Shown here one piece after another: positions 13,360 to 24,900 of a DNA stretch of 64,000 bases. The DNA comes from Eledone cirrhosa (Eukaryota). The position numbers and the translations under genes were made by a program. The notes beneath the pieces are model-generated. The model ran no database searches and was not told the origin of the DNA. It saw only the letters and a program-made list of their open reading frames with translations. Numbering within the stretch: the stretch's first letter is position 1; every line of letters begins with the position of its first letter. The stretch lies in contig OZ024741.1 of assembly GCA_964016885.1 (NCBI GenBank), positions 270,072,001 to 270,136,000 on the forward strand, in the 5' to 3' direction.

Positions 13360-13460
13360 AAGGCAAGGTTAACCTAGGCGGGCTTTGAACTCAGATCATA
13401 AAGGGCCGTAATTCTATGCTGCAAAGCATAGGGTTTTGACCCTCTACCGATACTGCCAAT
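13360..13460 (-). mobile_element. SINE family A, 5' half
   Basis: Reverse complement begins ATTGGCAGTATCGGTAGAGGGTC...CTGAGTTCAAAGCCCGCC, matching 13602-13700. Confidence 0.8.
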
Positions 13461-13592
13461 TTTATTTTACATTTAATGACTAAAAAACAAACATTACAAG
13501 AGATCCCATATTTACGAACGTACTCTGTACAATTACCGATTCCTCCTCCTCCTAACCCTCCCCGTATATTCTTCCATTATTTGGGGTCCGAA

Positions 13593-13786
13593 GAGGCGGT
13601 GGATTGGCAGTATCGGTAGAGGGTCGGACACCATGCTTTGACGCATAGAGTTGCGGCCCTTGCCACCATTCTGAGTTCAAATCCCGCCGAGGTTAACTTT
13701 GTCTTTCATCCTTACGGAGTCGATAAAATAAAGTACCAGTAATGCACTGGGGGTAATTGCTGGCCTTGTGTCAAAAGAAGAAACAA
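13593..13786 (+). mobile_element. tRNA-derived SINE family A, near full length
   Basis: A-box-like TGGCAGTATCGG, B box GAGTTCAAATCC, body GAGGTTAACTTTG.CTTTCATCC...GATAAAATAAAGTACCAG. At least 6 copies in the window. Confidence 0.85.
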
Positions 13787-13799
13787 TATATATATACAT

Positions 13800-13884
<85 letters not shown>

Positions 13885-13996
13885 TAAAAGGAATTCCAAC
13901 TTTGTCTGATTTACTCGTTTTATTTACAATCCTTTAAAATTTATAATGGTATTAGAATGAAATAGTATGGTAGAATATTAAATGTTAATTGTTAAT

Positions 13997-14035
13997 TGAA
14001 CAAGTACTTTCATGCTTTCGCAATCTTCAGGTTCA
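13997..14035 (-). ncRNA. Minimal type-I hammerhead ribozyme (minus-strand copy)
   Basis: Exact reverse complement of 14087-14125. Confidence 0.8.
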
Positions 14036-14086
14036 TATTGTGTGGTGACAGTTGAAAATTGCAAACTTAACTGTCACCACATAATA

Positions 14087-14125
14087 TGAACCTGAAGATT
14101 GCGAAAGCATGAAAGTACTTGTTCA
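14087..14125 (+). ncRNA. Minimal type-I hammerhead ribozyme
   Basis: TGAAC-CTGAAGA-T-TGC-GAAA-GCA-T-GAAA-GTAC-TT-GTTCA. Stem I is TGAAC/GTTCA, stem II is GNRA-capped, stem III is the palindrome AGTACT, and the cleavage triplet is CUU. Confidence 0.8.
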
Positions 14126-14295
14126 ATTAACACTTAACATTTAATATTCTACCATACTATTTCATTCTAATACCATTATAAATTTTAAATGATTGTAAAT
14201 AAAACGAGTAAATCAGACAAAGTTGGAATTCCTTTTATTAATATAATCTTCTATACACAATCATACACACCCGTGTATATTTATCTCTCTCTCTC

Positions 14296-14329
<34 letters not shown>

Positions 14330-14425
14330 CATATATATAGTAATAATAATAAATTTGAAGACTAAAATCCAAAGAGGGCTCGATAAGGATAAATATATAT
14401 CAAATATATAAGAACGGTAGAGCAA

Positions 14426-15991
14426 ATATTTATTAAAATAACAGATTAAAGTTTAAGCAAAGAATCGCTGCTTTCACCCTTAACAGCATCTTCTGAAACT
14501 AACAAAGTCAATCTGTAAACGCAGAACTGGATATTTCAAAAAACGTTGCAACCGGAGGAAGACAGGAAGACGATACTTTGGTTCGTGGAAACGTTCGCTG
14601 GCTAAGAACGGAAAAAACGAATATAATACGTCATTAATAGGAGCGGGGAAAAACAATTACGCGCAAAGACAGAACCACGTTTATGGTATAAAAGAGGTCG
14701 TAGACTAATGTTCTCTTAGGTGGTGCATAGAGACGTTCTCTGGCAATGAACGAAAAAAACGAAGATAATACGTCATATGTGGAGCGTGGAGAATAATAGC
14801 ACGCAAAGACAAAACCACGTAAATGGTATAGCAGAAGTCGTAGACTAAATTCTAACTTAGGAGACCGAATGAATCTCCGCTACGGAGTTAAGAACAAAGT
14901 AAATAAATACAATACAGAAGTAATAGAAATAAATAAATGCATGCACGCAAACAAAAACGTACATACACAAGCATACGCAAAAACTTACCATAGGTAAACA
15001 AAACCACGCACATATAAATGTGTGTGTGTGTGTAAGCGTGTATACAAATAAATAAATTATTATATAAACGTATATAAATAAATAAATACGTATATAACAA
15101 GCGCACACACATACCTACATGTAAATACACGAATGTTCGGAGACGTAAGTCAACCAAAACATTAGGTACACATATACACACGCCCTACATATGTACGAAC
15201 CTGCATACTCACACAGACGCAAAACTCCCGTATACACATAGCCGAACCATATGTACCAGAATATATAAAAAAAATTATACGCCATAACAATCAAATATAC
15301 GTACGAGAAGGTATACGTACCTTCACAAAACATACGGATAATATATACTTACCTATGCAAATAAGTAAAGGTATAAACATAACATATACTTAGCTCCCAC
15401 ATCGAGACGTAAAATATCCACGTATAGATCGTACTATCCGTTAGAGTATAACGTGGGGCTGTAATACAGGAAAGTTTTGTGCAATTTATGTTTACAAGCC
15501 GAAATTGCCTCAGACTTTTTGTTTAAGATGTGGTCTGTGGCGTAGAGTATTTCCAGGGCCTCAGCGGCGCAAAGGTCACATGGTCTTTTATTTCCGTTAT
15601 ACGATCTATCCTTAGCTAGGATCTCCCAGTGTAACTTATATTAGGTGTGGTTGTCTTTTAGACTCCAGATATAAGCTGAAAGTGACGTCATATTCCTTCT
15701 TAGAGGGTAACAAAAAGAATGGGTATGCATGTAAAGACGCTGCTTGAATCTATTGGCGGTTAACCCTATGTAGGCCCTACCGGACGTGGGTGTTACAACC
15801 TTACATTTGTAGACAATGTTACTAGAGAGGCATTTCCCGGATAGGGGGCAATCAACCCGCTGTCTTCCTCCGGTTGCAACGTTTTTTGAAATATCCAGTT
15901 CTGCGTTTACAGATTGACTTTGTTAGTTTCAGAAGATCCCGTTAAGGGTGAAAGCAGCGATTCTTTGCTTAAACTTTAATCTGTTATTTTA

Positions 15992-15999
<8 letters not shown>
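14426..15999 (-). mobile_element. 5'-truncated Penelope-like element with inverted terminal pLTR copies
   Basis: 140-bp inverted repeats 14426-14565 and 15860-15999, containing a decayed HHR-like CAGAAGA..GAAAGC, enclose a GIY-YIG remnant and 3' region. The right arm starts exactly where the ORF is truncated and ends in (TA)n. Confidence 0.85.
15435..15853 (-). pseudogene. Penelope GIY-YIG endonuclease remnant (not in the ORF track)
   Basis: DCPLSGKCLSSNIVYKCKVVTPTSGRAYIGLTANRFKQRLYMHTHSF...TSLSAYIWSLKD..*..WEILAK...CDLCAAEALEI...LNKKSEAISACKH. Has the IVY...YIG, FKQR..H, CxLC and LN...C.H motifs of PLE endonucleases; one in-frame stop. Confidence 0.9.
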
Positions 16000-16030
<31 letters not shown>

Positions 16031-16066
16031 GTGGGTAATATTAGATATTATCAAATTACAAGTATG

Positions 16067-16140
<74 letters not shown>

Positions 16141-16479
16141 CTGATATGTATCTAACACTCTGTTTCTGTATACATGTCAACCAGATTTATAATTTATTTT
16201 CAACTTATATTATATCCGTATTTGTGGTTACATATACACAAATATACTTGCCCTCATATATATATTTACGCACACATTTTCACCATACACACGCATTTGT
16301 ACATGCATACATATGTACATTTGTGAGTGTATATACATACATATACACACACCTAACTATATTTCCTTATATCTTTTTATATATTTTATATGTCTATTGC
16401 ATTACTTTTATTTATATATATATATTTTTTTTTTTGCATTTCTTGGGGAGACTTTCCAAATATTTCACTATGTTTTATA

Positions 16480-16551
16480 TTGCCTCGTCCGACGAATGTA
16501 GACGTTTCTTTCGTATTCGTCTTATTCGGGAAACCTCTAGTAATGAGGTAA
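16480..16551 (+). ncRNA. Type-I hammerhead ribozyme (C4 variant)
   Basis: TTGCCTCGT-CCGACGA-ATGTAGACG...CGTCTTATTCGG-GAAAC-CTCTA-GTA-ATGAGGTAA. Stem I is 9 bp (TTGCCTCGT/ATGAGGTAA, with GU pairs), stem II has AGACG/CGTCT, and the cleavage site is GUA. Confidence 0.65.
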
Positions 16552-16652
16552 TTATATTGTATTGTTTATTATACATTAAATTTTGCTCTGGTACTTACAT
16601 AGAGCACTCTTCACTCCTATGACTTTTTCAATTTTCAACGAAAACTTCAATA

Positions 16653-16725
<73 letters not shown>

Positions 16726-16735
16726 GAGGGGAACA

Positions 16736-17305
16736 AGTGATCATCAAACAATCTTTTAAATAAATTAAAAAACGATTTAAATATTCACCTGTTCTATTGC
16801 CGTTACCGACGGTTTCACTAATCAAAAGATTGGAAATTCAGAGAATTTCCAATGGAAAGAATTAGATCTTCAGACAGCTATTTCCGTACGATAAGAGTAT
16901 AAAGTCTCATAGTAAGAGAAAATATCGCTTCCTGCCCGTTGCATGGGGTCAGGCCGTTAAAGTGACACACACACAAAATTAGGCCATAAGTAAATGCGGG
17001 ATATTATAAACTTGCTGATCATGCCGCTAAAAATAGCAGCGCGATACAACGTTTTGTTCTCTATATATAGGAGAATAATTATAAAAGGGTATGGATATTC
17101 CAACAGGCACCAAGTACCTACAGAAATATGCATGGTGTTTATAATAGTTGTGGTTCGATGGTACTAATTTGAGATACCAGAACTATAAAAATTAGTGATC
17201 ATCAAACTATCTTTTAAATAAATTAAAAAACGATTTAAATATTCACCTGTTCTATTGTCGTTACCGACGGTTTCATTAATCAAAAGATTGGAAATTTAGA
17301 GAATT

Positions 17306-17311
<6 letters not shown>
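16736..17311 (-). mobile_element. Retrozyme/pLTR-like element: 458-bp unit with a terminal direct repeat, between (TA)n tracts
   Basis: 16736-16853 is repeated at 17194-17311 with few substitutions. The repeat overlaps the hammerhead; no ORF. Confidence 0.7.
16799..16878 (-). ncRNA. Type-I hammerhead ribozyme with a long structured stem II
   Basis: Minus strand: GCTGT-CTGAAGA-T-CTAAT-(internal hairpin ATTGGAAATTC-TCT-GAATTTCCAAT)-ATTAG-T-GAAAC-CGTCG-GTA-ACGGC. Stems I, II and III (ACCG/CGGT) all pair; GUA site. Confidence 0.85.
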
Positions 17312-17356
<45 letters not shown>

Positions 17357-17360
<4 letters not shown>

Positions 17361-19585
17361 GTAGAATAATCGAGAATCGGAAAAAACAGCTTACGAATTA
17401 ACGATAAACAGTATCCGATATGTGTGGCAGAGGGCTCAATAATTTGGATAAATCAGAGCTATAACTATCGTTAAAATACCAACACATAGAGATCATGTCT
17501 AAAATCACCCGTACAGCCGAAAAAGAACGACCAGGAAGATTCGGGTCACTCAAATAAAATATCAATAAATCAATAAATTAAATGAATGTAAAAAACTCAC
17601 CCGGACCCGCTAGAAGGATGTTAAATCTAGCTTCTTGGGTTTCTGCAATTCCTTATTCCAATCGCTATCAGCCCACATAAAAAATATATGAGACTTCTAG
17701 AGAAGGGGGGACGAGGAAGAGCTTTCTCAACGGGAATTCCGTCCGACAATGAAGAGAAGACCTTTAGCCAGAAACGCACATGGTACCCAGCAAGGGAGAT
17801 AACCTCTACATTAGCGAAAAATTTTGGTGATGTGCAAATCATGTAAGGATACAAAATATCACATATCGAATCAGAATGCTCAACAGACGTGTTAAAATAA
17901 ACAGGAGCTATTCATCAGTCAATAAGAATGACAAAAAATAATCAATAAAATTAACTGGTCAATAGCTAAGGTCTAGAGCTAAATATAGTAGAATAATCGA
18001 GAATCGGAAAAACAGCTTACGAATTAACGATAAACAATATCCGATATGTGTGGCAGAGGGCTCAATAATTTGGATAAATCAGAGCTATAACTATCGTTAA
18101 AATACCAACACATAGAGATCATGTCTAAAATCACCCGTACAGCCGAAAAAGAACGACCAGGAAGATTCGGGTCACTCAAATAAAATATCAATAAATCAAT
18201 AAATTAAATGAATGTAAAAAACTCACCCGGACCCGCTAGAAGGATGTTAAATCTAGCTTCTTGGGTTTCTGCAATTCCTTATTCCAATCGCTATCAGCCC
18301 ACATAAAAAATATATGAGACTTCTAGAGAAGTGGGGACGAGGAAGAGCTTTCTCAACGGAATTCCGTCCGACAATGAAGAAAAGACCTTTAGCCAGAAAC
18401 GCACATGGTACCCAGCAAGGGAGATAACCTCTACATTAGCGAAAAATTTCGGTGATGTGCAAATCATGTAAGGATACAAAATATCACATATCGAATCAGA
18501 ATGCTCAACAGACGTGTTAAAATAAACAGGAGCTATTCATCAGTCAATAAGAATGACAAAAAATAATCAATAAAATTAACTGGTCAATAGCTAAGGTCTA
18601 GAGCTAAATATAGTAGAATAATCGAGAATCGGAAAAACAGCTTACGAATTAACGATAAACAATATCCGATATGTGTGGCAGAGGGCTCAATAATTTGGAT
18701 AAATCAGAGCTATAACTATCGTTAAAATACCAACACGTAGAGACATGTCTAAAATCACCCGTACAGCCGAAAAAGAAAGACCAGGAAGATTCGGGTCCCT
18801 CAAATAAAATATCAATAAATCAATAAATTAAATGAATGTAAAAAAAACTCACCCGGACCCGCTAGAAGGATGTTAAATCTAGCTTCTTGGGTTTCTGCAA
18901 TTCCTTATTCCAATCGCTATCAGCCCACATAAAAAATATATGAGACTTCTAGAGAAGGGGGGACGAGGAAGAGCTTTCTCAACGGAATTCCGTCCGACAA
19001 TGAAGAAAAGACCTTTAGCCAGAAACGCACATGGTACCCAGCAAGGGAGATAACCTCTACATTAGCGAAAAATTTCGGTGATGTGCAAATCATGTAAGGA
19101 TACAAAATATCACATATCGAATCAGAATGCTCAACAGACGTGTTAAAATAAACAGGAGCTATTCATCAGTCAATAAGAATGACAAAAAATAATCAATAAA
19201 ATTAACTGGTCAATAGCTAAGGTCTAGAGCTAAATATAGTAGAATAATCGAGAATCGGAAAAACAGCTTACGAATTAACGATAAACAATATCCGATATGT
19301 GTGGCAGAGGGCTCAATAATTTGGATAAATCAGAGCTATAACTATCGTTAAAATACCAACACGTAGAGACATGTCTAAAATCACCCGTACAGCCGAAAAA
19401 GAAAGACCAGGAAGATTCGGGTCACTCAAATAAAATATCAATAAATCAATAAATTAAATGAATGTAAAAAAACTCACCCGGACCCGCTAGAAGGATGTTA
19501 AATCTAGCTTCTTGGGTTTCTGCAATTCCTTATTCCAATCGCTATCAGCCCACATAAAAAATATATGAGACTTCTAGAGAAGGGG
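17357..19585. repeat. About 626-bp tandem repeat, about 3.55 near-identical copies, between (TA)n and (TC)n(TA)n
   Basis: GTAGAATAATCGAG recurs at 17361, 17988, 18613 and 19239. The last copy is truncated at AGAAGGGG. Confidence 0.95.
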
Positions 19586-20570
<985 letters not shown>

Positions 20571-20819
20571 GGTTAACCTTTCTCAGTAATACGGATCATA
20601 CAGAGAAAGAATTGTCAATTATTGTGTAGAGAAACATTTTAGCCATTTAACAAACACACAAAACCTGTTAACGTTACATTATCTTGAGTCATTAAAGGTG
20701 AAGCAATCATTTGGCTGTTTCTAATCGTTAGAATATATACACTTCATCACACCTATAAACTTTATATGTGTCGTTTTTTTCTTGGTGTCAATATTTTCGT
20801 CACTCTTGAGTGCTACTGG

Positions 20820-21000
20820 TAGCATGTAACCCAGTACAACTTGTCACATGGTCAGGTTGTCGGCAGGCGACTAAACTGGCAACCCCACCAAGTTTACTTG
20901 GTGAGAGTGAGGAGGGTGATTTTGGACACCCTGCAGGACAAAAAACAAAACCTGACAAAGGGCGGAAGAACTCATAAGAGTCGACGGCCATCTAAAATCC
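20820..21000 (+). mobile_element. Non-autonomous repeat family C, modules A+D
   Basis: ATGTAACCCA...GGCGACTAAACTGGCAACCCCA is shared with 32970-33014. CCTGCAGGAC.AAAAACAAAACCTG.CAAAGGGC...TAAGAGTC.A.GGCCATC is shared with 33316-33385. Confidence 0.6.
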
Positions 21001-21294
21001 TGCCAGTAAAATCCTGGCAGTAGTTCCAGCTGCACGCATCCAAATACTGGTGTAGTGGTTCTGAGAACAATGCGGCTTTGCAGATGATCCATGCAAATTG
21101 ACAATGGAAAGGCCCGCCTGCTCGAGTTAGAAGAGAACTATTGACCTTCAGGAGAAGCAGCGCCCCCTGATTGCATTCAGCAACCAAAACAAATATGAAG
21201 TACACCAAATCCAATGCTCCTAGGGGCAGCCCCGGTTCTTCTTATTTGCAAGTGTAAACTCGGCCAGATTAGATTAGATTGGTATATTTTCGTC

Positions 21295-21440
21295 GTACCT
21301 TTTACAGTATATAATTGCGGCTCTTTACGTTCTGAGTTCAAATCCCACCGAGGTTAGCTTTGCCTTTCATCTTTACGGGGTCGTTAAAATAAAGTACCAG
21401 TAACAAACTAGGGCCTTGCACCTAAATCAGAATCCATTAT
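21295..21440 (+). mobile_element. SINE family A fragment
   Basis: CTGAGTTCAAATCCCACCGAGGTTAGCTTTGCCTTTCATC...TAAAATAAAGTACCAG. Confidence 0.8.
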
Positions 21441-21499
21441 TTTACTCGGACGTTTTGTGTTTTTAAATAGTTTAAAAACGAATATTCTTCACTGTAATT

Positions 21500-21690
21500 G
21501 TTTCCTCACTTAAAAAGGTTTCGATCACAGACATCGCTTGATATATGACATTTTTTTGTGATGCATGATATTGCTGGCCACAGGCAAGTCCCTAGCAGGA
21601 CTAAAAAGCCACGTCCGTGATGCTCATGCTTAAGTATCAAGCGATGCCATTACTCAAAATCGAGTTTGCAACCATCACGAATGTATGTAT
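21500..21690 (+). mobile_element. Repeat family C, 3' modules with (TATG)n tail
   Basis: TTTCCTCACTTAAAAA...ATTGCTGGCCA.AGGCA.GT.CCTAGCAGGACTAAAA.GCCAC...CATGCTTAAGTATCAA.CGATG...AAATCGAGTT...CCATCA then ATGTATGTAT. Matches 33074-33260. Confidence 0.65.
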
Positions 21691-21914
21691 GTTCTGGTTT
21701 TATAATTTCACAAATTTTTACCAATAGAGAGAGAGTCGGTTTCTAACACAGACACAAGACTTTCCCATTGGAATTTACACAACATCAACTAGGTAGATAT
21801 GTATGCATGTCTGCATGCATGCATGTTTAGGTATGCATGTTATTGTATGTGTGGATGTGGATGTTTTAAGTTGTATGTGTGCATGTGTATATGCTTAGTA
21901 TCTGTACATGTGTA

Positions 21915-24900
21915 TATGCAACATTTTTGGAATGTTTTACATATTTTTACTGTTCCATTAATGGATTGTACTTGTAGTTTCCTAACTAGTTGTGTTCTTT
22001 CTGTTCCTGTGAAGCCTAGCTTCTCAAGATTTGTATTAAGGCAGTTACTAACATATCCCAGTGCCCCAATAATCACAGGCATAAATCTGAAGGCATAATC
22101 AGGGTGGAGTATCTGCAGATTTTTCATCAGTTCTGCATAAATATTCTCTTTTCCGCTAATCTTTGATATTATATTGGCATCTGCTGGACAGCTAACTTCC
22201 ACTACTGTGCATGCCTTTTCCCTGTCCCATATCATAATATCTGGTCTGTTTTGCCTGCATTTTATTGGGGTTTTTACTGGAACATTCCACCAGTACTCTT
22301 TCATATTATGTATATGTAGGTCTTCCACATTGCTGTAGCTTTTAATGTGTTTATTATCGGGGCTATCTTTTCTATGGATTTCATTGTACAGTGTTTTGGC
22401 CACTACATCATGCCTCATAGGTAGATAGTACCGCGATGACATATTTGGACAGGTGCTTATGACATGGGTGACATCTTCCATGTTAATTCTGCAGAGTCTG
22501 CACTTGTTATCACATCTAGGTGTTTTGCCTGCATCCCTATCTCTTTTGTGAATCAGGTATTTCGTGTTGATTTCCTGTTTTGCAAAAGCGTATCCTTCAA
22601 AGTGGGAGCCAATATAGCGGTTGTTGGTCCAAGATAGACTACTTTCTTTATCTATATTACTCTCACTCTGGAGCTTCCTGGCAACATATCCATGCATGAT
22701 TTTTTGCTGATAAGCATGCAGTTTTTCATCCATGGATTCGCTGAGTTACTGCTGAGCAACTTCCCTGGGTGTGAGTTTTTGATTATCACACAGGGAATAT
22801 CTCTCGAGGAGTTCCTTCCCAACTCTCATGATCTTATCTGTTTCATGCAGATAGACTTGCTCGAGAAACTGGCTCCTACGCTTTGAGGTACGTAGATGTT
22901 GTCGGAGGGATATGATGCGACATTCAAATGCTGTCTGGACTGATGTTAGGCCTCTGCCTCCCTGCTTACGTTTCAAGTAAAGGCGGTCTATGTCACTGTT
23001 GATGTGGAAGTTTCCGATGTTGTTTAGTATTTTTTGAGTTCTAACATCAATCGCTCGGATTTCGTCTATCGTCCAATTGAGTATTCCAAACGTTGGTGTT
23101 AGGACAGGCACAGCAAACACATTGTGAGCCACTGTTTTGTTTTGCGCAGAGAGTTCCGATGACCATATCTTTCTTAATCGGGTGTAGTATTCCCTGGTTA
23201 CGCGTTCCTTATTACAGATACCATTATAGGATATGTTCTCATCTATCCCCAGGTATCTGCAGCAGTCCTCATCAGATATCGGTGAAACAGTTAGACCATT
23301 GATACAAATGTTGCTGGATTGGGTTGTTTTTCCCCGCTTTACAGTCATATATGAGCATTTATCTTGGCCAAACTCCATTCCTATATCCTTTGAGAATGTT
23401 GTAACCAGGTCAAGATTTTTCTTCATCCCATCCATGTTCTTGGCATAGAGTTTCAGATCATCCACAAAAAATTATGGGTTAGGTTCGTATTTCTGTCCTG
23501 CTGCTGTGAGCCTTCACATTTCTTGAGTAGAAAGGACAAGGGGTTTAATGACAAGATGAATAATATCACAGAGAGACTGTTTCCCTGAAATATACCCCTG
23601 CGATATTTTATTTTATCAGTGAAAATAGAGTTCTCCTTCTCTGTCTTTAACTTTAGGATAGTAACCCAAGAAGAAGACAGCCTCTCTATGGCTCTGATAA
23701 TAATGTCTGGGACTTTAGCAAGTCGTAGGGCCTCTATCATCCAAGAGTGGGGAACAGAATCAAAAGCTTTACTGTAGTCCAGCCAGACTAGCCATATTCC
23801 TCCTAAGTTGCACCTCCGACATCGCAGTTTTGTTGATTAGGAGTTGTTCAGCACATCCCCAAACCCCTTTCTTTCCAGCTGCTTGTTCATCTGTGATGAT
23901 ATTATTTTCACAGTGATCTTGGAGGAATAGGTTCAGGCAGGCTGTATACATCTTATACATCAGGTTCTGGCATGCAATGAGTCGGTAGTTTTTTTGCCAG
24001 GTAGGTGTCTTTGTTCTTGGGGACCAGTAATGTTTGTGCTAATGTCAACCATTCTGATATAAGTGTATCTCCCTTAAGAACTTGTTGGTAGAGGTCGGTA
24101 AGATACCTCCGATAGAATATCAATTTTTTGTACCAGTAGCCAACAATCATGTCTCTTCCTGGTGTTTTTTATCTTGGAGTTTTCCTATCACAGTCTCAAG
24201 GGTACCCTCACTTATTTCGTATGTTTTTGTTGTAGTGTAGGAGCAATAGTTCTTTCGGATTTCTCTTAGCCACACTGCTTCTTGGTTGAAATTCTTCATT
24301 TCATCCCATATTTTTCTCCAAAAGGAATCTAGTACTTTCTGGAATAGGACTTCAGTGACACTTATTATTTTGCCCTCCATATCTCTATAGACTGATGTTT
24401 GGTTTCGTCTGAATCTTTTATTAAGCACTTTTCTCTCATCTACCTTCTTCAAGTATCGGCGTTTTTCGCTAACAGCTCTTGATTCTTGTTTGAGGGTGAT
24501 CAGTTTATATTGAAGAGTTCTGGTTCTACTGTTACCAAACATCGTCTCTATTTTATTTTTCACTCTTTGTTGATGAGGAGTGAACGTTTTTTGTGTTAGT
24601 TTGCATATAAGGAGCATTGTCACATATCCTATGGTTTTTCGTAGGTCAGCAATCTTTTTTTCTATTTTAGTTATATATGATGGTATTTTTGGTGGTGTTT
24701 TGTTCTTCATATCTCTGCTATCACTGTCGTTGCTAAGGCATATAAACAGGCGTTGATTTGCCAAAATGTTGGGGTTTTTATCCGTCGTAAATATCCATCC
24801 CCTATTTCGTCAATAACAGGTAATATTTCATTATTTGGTTTTTTATTAAATATTGTTGTTTTAAAAAGTTCAGCAAGAGAAATGTTTATACATGAATTAA

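Larger units (their letters stand above)
13877..14245. mobile_element. Fold-back palindromic element (about 177-bp arms, 15-nt loop) with a hammerhead in each arm
   Basis: 13877-14053 versus 14069-14245, 3 mismatches seen. Loop GAAAATTGCAAACTT. The left end abuts (TA)n. Confidence 0.9.

Noticed and set aside
17627-19105. Three repeated 61-75 aa ORFs (MYPYMICTSP...)
   Set aside because: They are by-products of the 626-bp repeat, the frame differs between copies, and there is no recognisable domain.
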